Positions 1 to 8,156 of a stretch of 64,000 bases of DNA are shown piece after piece. This stretch comes from a virus. Numbering within the stretch: the stretch's first letter is position 1; the number at the start of each line of letters is the position of its first letter. Made by a program: the position numbers and the translations under genes. The stretch covers positions 1-64,000 of the IMG/VR virus record IMGVR_UViG_3300031456_000002. The stretch is one strand, 5' to 3'. Under the pieces are notes generated by a model, which had not been told where the DNA came from, ran no database searches, and worked only from the letters and a program-made list of their open reading frames with translations.

Positions 1-70
1 AACTTATACAAGCTTTGCTTGATGCGAAGCATTTTGCAAATATATTCTCCCCGACCGACATTTCCAAATC

Positions 71-991
71 TTAAGTTTCCCAACCATAAATTATTGACAT
101 CAGGGTTCTGTTGTTGGCCTTGAACCATTTAGCATCAATTATCTTAAGGATCACGTCCGGGTGATACAATTCCATTCTTCTAATTTTAGTTTTACTCCTG
201 TCATCCATCCATCCCTTTACCTCATGATACGTGAACATGCCATTTAACTCAGTGACCTTGAAGTCTGGTAAATAACTAACACAGCCACGTTTTATGCCTT
301 CGAACCAGAATACCTCACATTCGTGCTCCCAATCTGATATTTGCTTTTGAACTTTTAGAAACTCAAGGTACCTGGCATAATTAGCTTCCCATCTACTTCT
401 AAAATACTTCCTTTTCCCGCCAATTTCTCTCCAATCAGCCTTCCATGTTTGCTTTTGTCTTGGATTAATCAAATTACCTCTTTCGTGCTTTGTCTGAATA
501 GTCTTTTTTGATATGGCTGCCCTTTTATCCGGATCGTCATTTATCTTTTGCTGATTCTGCTTATTGATTTTACTCAGCAAATCAATTGTTTCTTTCGTAT
601 GTTTTTTATCCTTCATGCCCTTTGGGTGCTTGTTTTTACTCCAATGCCCCGGTTTTATCGTTGGAACGAAGTTAGCTAACAGTTTCTTTTGCCTTGAAAT
701 ATCAGTCAGCCCAAGTTTTTTTGCTTTGGTGCATATCGATGTCTTTGGTCGACCCATTTTATCAGCCAACTCTTGCAATTTACCGGCAAGTAGATAGTTA
801 TTATAATGCTCTCGTAAAAAATAGTCGTCATCTTCTGTCCACCACTTATAACTAGTTTCCAATCCCATTCTTTTTATCCTCTCGTGCACAGATTGCCCAC
901 AAAGACCGACTTCCTTTGCAACTAGCCATACATTTTTAAGCCTAAAATAGCTTTCTATTAATTGCTCATTCGATATCTTCTGCTTTGACAT
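71..991 (-). CDS. PD-(D/E)XK endonuclease with N-terminal HTH and basic NUMOD-like repeats (putative free-standing homing endonuclease)
   Basis: The C-terminal YFRSRWEANYARYL...YLPDFKV...HEVKGW is a PD-(D/E)XK motif. The N-terminus has HTH-like segments, and there is a NUMOD3-like GMKDKKHTKETI. Confidence 0.7.
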   Translation of the reverse strand: MSKQKISNEQLIESYFRLKNVWLVAKEVGLCGQSVHERIKRMGLETSYKWWTEDDDYFLREHYNNYLLAGKLQELADKMGRPKTSICTKAKKLGLTDISRQKKLLANFVPTIKPGHWSKNKHPKGMKDKKHTKETIDLLSKINKQNQQKINDDPDKRAAISKKTIQTKHERGNLINPRQKQTWKADWREIGGKRKYFRSRWEANYARYLEFLKVQKQISDWEHECEVFWFEGIKRGCVSYLPDFKVTELNGMFTYHEVKGWMDDRSKTKIRRMELYHPDVILKIIDAKWFKANNRTLMSIIYGWET

Positions 992-1148
992 TTTTACGTT
1001 TTCGAGACCTTTCCTTTACGGCCTGAATTAAAAGCAAGTTTACCATCTGCGAAGTGGTGCGATTGTTTCTATCGGCTAATGAGGTTATCTTTAACCATAA
1101 GTCATTTGAAATAGTGGCACACACCTGCGCTTGTCTATTGTTGCTCAT
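966..1148 (-). CDS. small ribbon-helix-helix DNA-binding protein
   Basis: QVCATISNDLWLKITSLADRNNRTTSQMVNLLL fits the RHH pattern. The ATG at 1148 lies just after promoter element TACATTTG (1159-1152). Confidence 0.6.
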   Translation of the reverse strand: MSNNRQAQVCATISNDLWLKITSLADRNNRTTSQMVNLLLIQAVKERSRKRKNVKAEDIE

Positions 1149-1191
1149 ATACAAATGTACGGATATTAATTTAATTAATTACCGCAATTAT

Positions 1192-2073
1192 TCAGGAATT
1201 AAGATTTTGATATTCCTCATGGAAAATACTAAGCCATTCCCGGCATATTTTAACTTTATCGTACAGCCTTTGGCGCTCGAAGTCTGTGAACCGCTCTACC
1301 TTTAGCCTGGATACTCTTTTGTGCATTGGAATTTGGTCAAACTTCATACTTCGTTCGAATTCGGGCCACGCTTCCAGGAATTCTGGCGACTCTGTAGTGG
1401 CTGCGCATACCTTTCGAAGAACCTTCCATTTCATTTCATCTACAATATCATCAGTGGCGTTTATGAGCGTATTAGCGACCTCTCCTTCCCCGGCTCCCGT
1501 AATGTCACAATAGCCTTGCACCTGCTCTTTTTGACCTATCTCAATCCCTTTGTGTAGCTTTTTAAGGAAAATGGGGTAATCCCACGAATTTTTGATGTCA
1601 CTTATGAGAGTTGCGGCATAAACATGTTCTCCCAGGTATGCATCTATCTCTCCGGACAAGTAATCGTTGTAGATTCGCTCCTTATGTGTCTTGTAAAGCT
1701 GCTTGGCAACCCTAGATAACAGTAATAAGCCTTCCGCTTCGCCTACTTTTCCCTTTTTTGTAGCCAACATATCTAAGGATTCCTTACTAACTGGTATCAT
1801 TCGCTCCGTTTCCCATGCATAAACATCCATTAAGTACTCTATGCATGTGTCTGAAAGGATGATTTTCTTGCCATTTTCCTGCTTTACCTTCAATTCTGCC
1901 AGTTCTTCATGCTGTTTTTGCGTTATTTCTCCTTTTTTTTGCAACTTTTCTTCTAATTCCTTCATCCTGACCTCCTGGTTCTCCGTTAAAACAGGATTGG
2001 ATTGGCTATTAGATAATAATTTTCGAATCCCGGAGCATCTGCATTTAAATTCATTCCAGTTTATTTCTTTCAT
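1192..2073 (-). CDS. YqaJ/lambda-exonuclease-like recombination exonuclease
   Basis: Motifs FKCRCS, TKKG..E, YLSGEIDA, ISDIKNSW and QVQGY are typical of phage PD-(D/E)XK exonucleases. Confidence 0.75.
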   Translation of the reverse strand: MKEINWNEFKCRCSGIRKLLSNSQSNPVLTENQEVRMKELEEKLQKKGEITQKQHEELAELKVKQENGKKIILSDTCIEYLMDVYAWETERMIPVSKESLDMLATKKGKVGEAEGLLLLSRVAKQLYKTHKERIYNDYLSGEIDAYLGEHVYAATLISDIKNSWDYPIFLKKLHKGIEIGQKEQVQGYCDITGAGEGEVANTLINATDDIVDEMKWKVLRKVCAATTESPEFLEAWPEFERSMKFDQIPMHKRVSRLKVERFTDFERQRLYDKVKICREWLSIFHEEYQNLNS

Positions 2074-2105
2074 ATTCAGTACTTAGATAGGGAATTATTT
2101 GGATT

Positions 2106-5096
2106 CTACAGCAGGGAACCCGTTTCTTTACTATCGATTGCTCTGTCAATTTCCCATACAATATCCGGCGACATCATTCCGCCTCGTGACATTTGTTGTG
2201 CATTAAATATGGCCATCATGCTATCAAACATATCTAATCGGGCTGCCATTAATTGGTTTTGGCTTCTCAGTCCTTTTATTTCATTACTTGCTCTTTGTAG
2301 AAGTTCTTTGTTATCCATTTTGTTTATGATTATTTAGTTAAGAATGAGTTACTGTGCCGTAGTTTTTCAAAAAGTCGTTGTACTCTATTGGAAGATGGCC
2401 TTCGATAACAATATATTTGGCGGTTATTTTATCAGGGGACTGGGATGTAAATCGTTCCTCTACCCTGGCATTGTATTCTTTGCCGGATACGTTTGCTTTT
2501 ACGTTATCTCTATGCTTTATAGTACAGGTTGTATCCGTGTAGGTTATCATGATTAATCAATTTGCGGGACGTATGCGTAATCGATAAATACTATTTGCAG
2601 GTTATCATGATCCTTGTATGTGTTTTTTAATGACCATTCAAGAACCCTTTTATCCTTATTGCATTGTGCTGTTTTCCAAAAGAATAAGGCGCAAGTTGGA
2701 TCACCATCTTCACATAGCCAGAAGTTATCTCTCTTTATTACTAAACCGTCTTTAGGTTCTGTTACATCTTTGGTATGATACTTTACCTTCCTGGCTTGTT
2801 GTAGTTCTTCTGACATGTTGTTTTTATTTATTCGTTATCCGTTATATTTTTTACCGTATGCTTTTCCCATTGTTCGAGTGCTTCCATTGCATCTGGTTCG
2901 CATTCATGAAGGCGTTTCCATAAGTCATTCTTAACGGCATCATCTCCTTCAGCCCATTTGTTAAGCATATTGACCTGGGCTTTTACATACTTGACGAGCG
3001 CATAGTATAGTTTATCTGCACTATCTTTTACTTGTTCTTCTGGTATCATTTGTTTTCATTTTGTTGTTCAATGAATTGGTTATGAAGTTGTTCAGTGGTT
3101 ATAGAGTCGCTGGCATCATTGATACTTGTCCACTGGTTTTCATCTGTGCAGGAGTACTGACAGTCGCTTTCTAATGTCCAATTCATGAATGCAATAGCTT
3201 GTTGCCTTCCCCATATATCCATTGCTTTTTCTGCTGCTGAATAAGGGATTACCGCCTCGCTCTCGTCACATTTCCATGCGTATTTAAGATGTGGGTCTAA
3301 TAAAGTCTCTTTAGTCATGGTTGAATGGTTATTTTTCAATTAGTTATGTTATTTATCGATCAGGGTCAGGATTATAGTTGCCTTCTTCATCATAGTAATC
3401 TTGACCGGCTGAAATAAAGTCTGCGGCTACTACACACATGTTGAATTTAGCAGCATTCAATATTTTTTGTACTGTTATAATCTGTTGGTTAGTAAATCCC
3501 TCTAGCTTAAACAAGTCAGTAGCGAATACATTGTCTTGATTTCTGTCCAAAAATTCGTAAACGAAATTAAAAAGATACCTGCCGCTTTCATTGAAATTCT
3601 CCCATACCTTTTCGGTCACATTAAACTTGTTTTCTTCGTATATCTTAGGAGGCATTGAAATTGCGCTTTTTATTATATCATCTCCTTCCTCTGGCATGTT
3701 ATTGTTATTTATGATGTAACTTCTTGATAGATAGAGTAATCGCAATACCATTTGTCGCCCGGATTACGCATTTCTTCAGCATCCTCCTTTGCTTGTTCAT
3801 AAGTCGAATATACTTCCAAGAAATCATGATCACTTAGGCTCAAATGAGGTTCTTTCAGCCCATGCCTCCATACTATTATGTATCCCATTGATTTATAGTG
3901 ATTTAATAAATAGATCGTATAATTGTTCAGTGGCCGGATACGATGGTGGCTCATGTCGGCCCCAAGTTTCGTTCTCTCCCCAATTAGTTTCATTGATCCA
4001 TTCGGCAAATGCCATGGCTAATCTCTTTGCATGCATATCCATGGTTTCCTGCACTAGCTTTATATCTAGGAATGCTTTTTTATTGGGAGGTACGACAGCC
4101 ATGTGTTATTTTATGAATAATGACTAAATACTAACATTTGTGGCTCATCTTCTTCCAGGTCATCGTAAATAGCATCACCGAATAACTCCCTGAACTTAGC
4201 GGTAACCCTCTCACGTTCATCATCGTCAAAGAAATCCCGATATGAAATTGTTGTGAATCCTGTTCCTTGATGTTCTTCTGCTTTATTGATCAATTTACCA
4301 AACACAACATACTCGCCACTCATGCCATCATAAACAATTATATCCGTCACTCCTTTGTGACCTTCGACATATGGTAAATATTTATCTGCCCATATATCTA
4401 TCCCGCTTTGCTTTAAGTCATTGGGCTTGAATTTGAAGCCATAAACGATGTAATCAGTTCTATCTACTCCCATAATTATTTATTTATTGTCATCCAGTGA
4501 TTCAAAAGTACCACCCAATTTCCTGTACATTATATCAAATGCTTGTTTAGCTTCTTTGCACGTTGTCGCTAATTTCCGATATGTGTGCAATCCGTTTCCT
4601 CCATCTATTTCAGTACAGGCATATATATCCCGTATTAATTCAGCTATTCTGGTATCTTCGGAAGTCCTTTCTACTGTTATTACCGGTGGCGGCCCTGGTG
4701 GGATTGAGTTATCCGAAAATCCCGGAGTACTTGTTTGATAGTTACAAACAAACTCCTTTACGCTGGTGAATGTTTCCATTGCCTTCTGGCTATCAAATGG
4801 AACGCCTACTTCCCAATCCAGTGTTACCCATTCTTTGAGCCCAATCGGGGTTATAAACTCCTTACTGAATTTTACTGTTCCTTGTTTCATGGATTTGTTT
4901 TTTCTGGTACATCATCAACACTATCATATCCATTAAGCAGTGTCTCTACTTCATCGTGAGGGCCATATCCTTTATCTAAAAGAACGATGGCATTATTTAA
5001 TTGCTCTGCGCCTATTTTGTCACTAATGCCCGGGATTTTCTGTTCTACTAAATTGAATTGTGCATTCATCAATGCCTCTAAAATTGTTACCGCCAT
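2106..5096 (-). other. array of about 11 small hypothetical early-type genes (e.g. 2106-2318, 2338-2550, 2553-2816, 2828-3049, 3046-3339, 3893-4102, 4111-4473, 4480-4890, 4887-5096)
   Basis: Tightly packed, often stop/start-overlapping minus-strand ORFs of 69-136 aa with AT-rich leaders. Confidence 0.7.
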
Positions 5097-5121
5097 AATT
5101 ATTGTTTTGTTGATTTGAAAT

Positions 5122-5154
5122 AAAAAGGGGTACGCTATACTAAATAGCCATCCC
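5122..5154 (-). terminator. intrinsic terminator closing the ncRNA cluster
   Basis: On the minus strand, the hairpin GGGATGGCTAT-TTAGT-ATAGCGTACCCC is followed by TTTTT. Confidence 0.55.
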
Positions 5155-5183
5155 TGACGATATTGCTTACCATATGAAAAAAG

Positions 5184-5262
5184 TTTATGCACCGATAGCT
5201 GTTTACGGATTTTAACCGTTTTAACATTTAGACGAATTTTGCGAACACTATCCGTACATAAA
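5184..5262 (-). ncRNA. stem-closed structured RNA module A with a T-arm-like hairpin
   Basis: TTTATGTACGGATAGT pairs with GCTATCGGTGCATAAA; the G-U pairs work on the minus strand. There is an internal ACGG-TTAAAAT-CCGT hairpin. Confidence 0.45.
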
Positions 5263-5265
5263 GAG

Positions 5266-5351
5266 TTTATTGATCATGGCCTGACTATTAGTCCAGACTG
5301 CACCCCTTTAACCGGTCACTAATACTGAATGTAGGTGGCATGGTCAATAAA
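5266..5351 (-). ncRNA. stem-closed structured RNA module B (strand uncertain)
   Basis: Terminal inverted repeat TTTATTGA(C/T)CATG of 13 nt, plus inner TATTAGT/ACTAATA pairing. Confidence 0.45.
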
Positions 5352-5360
5352 GAAATTAAT

Positions 5361-5445
5361 GTGTCGGGCTACGATTCGAACGTACTTCTTTACATCATGG
5401 GTGCGCTTTCCCACTTAGGACTTCCAAAGCTCCAAAGACCAAACA
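5361..5445 (-). ncRNA. degenerate tRNA-like element (module C)
   Basis: T-arm TACG-TTCGAAT-CGTA; imperfect acceptor TGTTTGG/CCCGACA; GGA...TCC D-like arm; 5-bp GTGGG/CCCAT stem with an 8-nt loop. Confidence 0.45.
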
Positions 5446-5452
5446 TTTAATA

Positions 5453-5627
5453 ATTGACGGATGCATGAACATAACTGATATCTCTTTGCGGCTGGTGAAC
5501 CACTATGGGATAATAACCGTCAGTAGCACCTATGCGAATATGATCGGGCAATTATTCACCTTGCAGACCCTGATTCGCGGGTTGTTCATTTTGCTAACGT
5601 TAGATATTTCTATCCACATCCGTCAAT
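5453..5627 (-). ncRNA. ~175-nt multi-stem structured RNA (module D)
   Basis: Nested pairings: 5453-5463/5617-5627 (11 bp perfect), 5465-5471/5583-5589 and 5494-5499/5555-5560. There is also a hairpin at 5567-5582. Confidence 0.6.
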
Positions 5628-5637
5628 ATATTTAATC

Positions 5638-5742
5638 AATGAGCGACAGGATTTGAACCTGCGAAGGTTCCCAGGAAAACGTACATCATAAGGGCCCCTT
5701 TTAGTTACGTATTCAGGCTTCAGCCAACTCGCCCACACTCAT
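5638..5742 (-). tRNA. tRNA-like RNA with canonical acceptor, D and T arms but an elongated non-canonical anticodon arm (module E)
   Basis: Acceptor ATGAGTG/CGCTCAT, U8, D arm GGC-GAGTTGGCTGAA-GCC, T arm GCAGG-TTCAAAT-CCTGT. The anticodon arm GAATACGTA/TACGTTTTC has a 22-nt loop. No CCA is encoded. Confidence 0.65.
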
Positions 5743-5774
5743 TAATATCTTTATATACTATTATTCAAAGAGCG

Positions 5775-5966
5775 TTATTCATCATCATACATACCATAAC
5801 CTTTCTTTTCCCGCCTAGTTAAGTCTTTCTTGTCGCCAAATGGGTCGTTCCAAGGTTTAAATGGATTATCGCTTTCCATTGGGTCATTGTGTGGTGAAAA
5901 TGGATCATCTTTGTGAATGGGGTCATTCCACGGCTGGAATGGATCATTGTTTCTTGGATAACTCAT
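5775..5966 (-). CDS. small repeat protein with three (D/N)PFxP(W/H)NDP units
   Basis: NDPFQPWNDP / DDPFSPHNDP / DNPFKPWNDP with a 13-aa period. Confidence 0.6.
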   Translation of the reverse strand: MSYPRNNDPFQPWNDPIHKDDPFSPHNDPMESDNPFKPWNDPFGDKKDLTRREKKGYGMYDDE

Positions 5967-5988
5967 ACGTTTATATTTTAAGAACTTA

Positions 5989-6116
5989 TATTCCCGGAAG
6001 GGGCCGGTTTACGTTCCGGCAACGGGCACCCCATTTTGTGTTTTCATCCCTGTAATAAGAATTGCCATATCCTTATTGTTTACCCGCTGACTCATGCGGT
6101 TTCACTCACTGGAATA
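5989..6116 (-). ncRNA. multi-hairpin structured RNA (module G)
   Basis: A TATTCC/GGAATA closing stem encloses CCGC/GCGG, AATAAGGA/TTCTTATT and GCCGG/CCGGC hairpins. The element is GC-rich in an AT-rich context. Confidence 0.5.
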
Positions 6117-6152
6117 GGGCAGACCGCTGTATCTTTGTAGCGACTAACTTAT

Positions 6153-6572
6153 TTAGGATACTATCCACCAATGATTAATATTCATATCAGCATCCCAGGG
6201 GATAGTTTCACCGGGAGACATTTGAGAAATCATTTCTAACACATGAGAATGAGAATAGTAAGGCCCACTAGAAGGTACTGTAAATACAAAAGTTTTCATA
6301 GAAGTAACTCCCCCGATCGTTGTTTCTATATCAATACTCAATTCCCATGTAGCTACCTGTGATCCTGATAAATCAAGAAAAAAGTAATATCCTGCAACCT
6401 GACCGGGATACCAATAGTCAGCATAGTAATATTCAGGGACATACCAATTGATTGTAACATCCTCAAAGGCTTCTTTAGCAACCACGCGTTCTTTGCCTCT
6501 TATATCCCACGGCGCAGCAATGGTTGACAATGCAATACAGGTAACGATAAATAACGAAACGATCTTTTTCAT
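6153..6572 (-). CDS. predicted secreted protein
   Basis: Sec-type signal MKKIVSLFIVTCIALSTIA|A followed by a beta-rich, aromatic mature part. Confidence 0.6.
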   Translation of the reverse strand: MKKIVSLFIVTCIALSTIAAPWDIRGKERVVAKEAFEDVTINWYVPEYYYADYWYPGQVAGYYFFLDLSGSQVATWELSIDIETTIGGVTSMKTFVFTVPSSGPYYSHSHVLEMISQMSPGETIPWDADMNINHWWIVS

Positions 6573-6612
6573 GATTTAATTGAATTGGTTTTATAATTAA
6601 AGTATTTGATTT

Positions 6613-6643
6613 AAAAAACGTCAGAACGTAGAAACGTTCCGAC
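6613..6643 (-). terminator. intrinsic terminator
   Basis: Minus strand GTCGGAACGT-TTCT-ACGTTCTGAC followed by GTTTTTT. Confidence 0.65.
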
Positions 6644-6681
6644 TTGAACGATTGCTTATAGCGCCTGATCCTGAAAATATA

Positions 6682-6930
6682 TTATAGAAAGTTTTCGAAC
6701 AATTCCTCTTTTGAAACCCATTGTCCTTTGTACTTAAATTCTAGTTCTCCTTTAGTTTCATTCATGGAGTGGCCAGTAGTTTCATGCGCTACAAATTCAA
6801 AGGCCAGTAATACAGATTCGCGCATATACTCATCCATTGCATCGTAAACAAGAGCCTCTGGAATAGTATCTGTTTTAAAATACTTATCGCTCATGATCAA
6901 TTTAGCTACTATCTCTGCTCTCCTATCCAT
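6682..6930 (-). CDS. hypothetical protein (AMD..F..E(E/Q)LF family)
   Basis: Shares its motif with 3046-3339 and 3893-4102. Confidence 0.55.
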   Translation of the reverse strand: MDRRAEIVAKLIMSDKYFKTDTIPEALVYDAMDEYMRESVLLAFEFVAHETTGHSMNETKGELEFKYKGQWVSKEELFENFL

Positions 6931-6934
6931 AATA

Positions 6935-7105
6935 CTAATGTTGTTTATTTAATTTAGCATCCTCCCTATAAGACTTGTATTTATCTATTAGAGATTGTTC
7001 CATAAATTTCTTTAGGCTCCATTTTTTTTCTTTAGCCTGAGTCTCAAAAAAAGCCAAAACGGATTTTGGCAACCAGACTTCCTTTCTCTTTAATCCGTTA
7101 TTCAT
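6935..7105 (-). CDS. small ribbon-helix-helix DNA-binding protein
   Basis: RKEVWLPKSVLAFFETQAKEKKWSLKKFMEQSL. The ATG at 7105 follows a perfect promoter. Confidence 0.6.
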   Translation of the reverse strand: MNNGLKRKEVWLPKSVLAFFETQAKEKKWSLKKFMEQSLIDKYKSYREDAKLNKQH

Positions 7106-7109
7106 ACGA

Positions 7110-7171
7110 CAAACATACGCAACGAATACGATATAAACCAAATTTATTTTAAACAATATTTTCTACTTTTG
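7110..7171. promoter_or_regulatory. divergent Bacteroidota sigma-A promoters
   Basis: Minus strand: TTTG(7142-7139)-N21-TATGTTTG(7117-7110). Plus strand: TACTTTTG (7164-7171), 4 nt before the ATG at 7176. Confidence 0.7.
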
Positions 7172-7175
7172 ATTC

Positions 7176-7376
7176 ATGTATAATCTAGGAGACATTATAG
7201 TAATGCCGGGCACCGGTGATTTCGCGGACGGTGTGGAATGTGTAGTAACAGAAATAACCGATGGGCGTATAACGAAAGCAAAAGCGATTATCCCAGATGA
7301 AAGACTATCAAAAATGGGATTTCTAATTGAAGGAGATGACTATATAATTGTAGAATGGAGATGGTCGGAGAATTAA
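7176..7376 (+). CDS. hypothetical protein
   Basis: 66-aa ORF directly downstream of a -7 promoter element. Confidence 0.55.
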   Translation: MYNLGDIIVMPGTGDFADGVECVVTEITDGRITKAKAIIPDERLSKMGFLIEGDDYIIVEWRWSEN

Positions 7377-7509
7377 AACAAAAGAACCGGGTTAGATGCT
7401 GTGACCTACCTTCCCGGCTCTTAATGAAGCATTTTACTGGGATAAAGGTAAATATATAACGCAGAACCCACAAAAAGTACTAGTTTAAGCATAAAAGAAT
7501 ATGCTTATT

Positions 7510-7740
7510 TCAATACTTCACCATTGGTTTGGAATCCTTACGAAGTGCGGCGTATACCTGGTGAAGCATTCTATCCAGATCATCCATGCTTGGTTTCGGA
7601 TATCGGCGCTGAAGATCCGGTAGCTTATCGCCAAATTCACCCGGATAAAGCCAAATCTTCAAGGTAATATTAAATTCGTTCCACTCGGTCATTAATTGTT
7701 CATTAGCATACTCCATTGGAATAAATCTTTCATGTCGCAT
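7510..7740 (-). CDS. hypothetical protein
   Basis: 76-aa ORF with a downstream hairpin and U tract at about 7375-7422. Confidence 0.45.
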   Translation of the reverse strand: MRHERFIPMEYANEQLMTEWNEFNITLKIWLYPGEFGDKLPDLQRRYPKPSMDDLDRMLHQVYAALRKDSKPMVKY

Positions 7741-7835
7741 AAAACAGCCCGCTTTTGTACGGCCTCCTTAATGTATAATCAAATCAGGTTACCGTTTTGT
7801 GTATTTAGCGAAATAAATTATATTGCGCATAAAAC

Positions 7836-8156
7836 ATGAAATCATTAGGTCAAACTTTGAAGGATGCCAGGGAACTTATTCCACTCACCTTGCGTGGCGT
7901 AGAAAATGCCACTGGAATCTCCAACGCCTATTTATCCATGTTGGAAAACGATAAGATCAAGAAGCCTTCCGCAAACGTTCTGTATAAACTAGCATTCCTT
8001 TACCACATTGAACTGGATGTGCTTTTGTTCGCGGCTGGCATAATAAAAGAAGAACCCCCAGCCGGGTATTCTATTCTGCACGCTATAGGCGAATTAACTC
8101 TCGATGAAAAATCCCAGCTACTCCAGTATCTTAAATTCCTTCGCCATAAAAAATAA
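7836..8156 (+). CDS. XRE-family HTH transcriptional regulator
   Basis: LGQTLKDARE...LTLRGVENATGISNAYLSMLENDKIKKPSANVLYKLA is a classic HTH_3 sequence. Confidence 0.9.
   Translation: MKSLGQTLKDARELIPLTLRGVENATGISNAYLSMLENDKIKKPSANVLYKLAFLYHIELDVLLFAAGIIKEEPPAGYSILHAIGELTLDEKSQLLQYLKFLRHKK

Noticed and set aside
5150-5185. Hammerhead ribozyme-like CTGACGA...GAAA on the plus strand
   Set aside because: Stem II lacks the closing R-Y pair and no stem III or UH cleavage site can be formed. The upstream hairpin is better read as a minus-strand terminator.
5097-5192. N-terminal extension of ORF 4887-5192
   Set aside because: It runs through a terminator and RNA module A; the ATG at 5096 with an AT-rich leader is more plausible.
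5638-5742. Canonical tRNA-Leu(TAA), amber suppressor or tmRNA
   Set aside because: There is no 7-nt loop with U33, the spacing after the D arm is wrong, and there is no G3-U70 pair or tag reading frame.
7836-8156. XRE gene as evidence of a temperate lifestyle or prophage
   Set aside because: There is no S24 peptidase domain, integrase, att site or host flank in the window, so the lifestyle cannot be determined.
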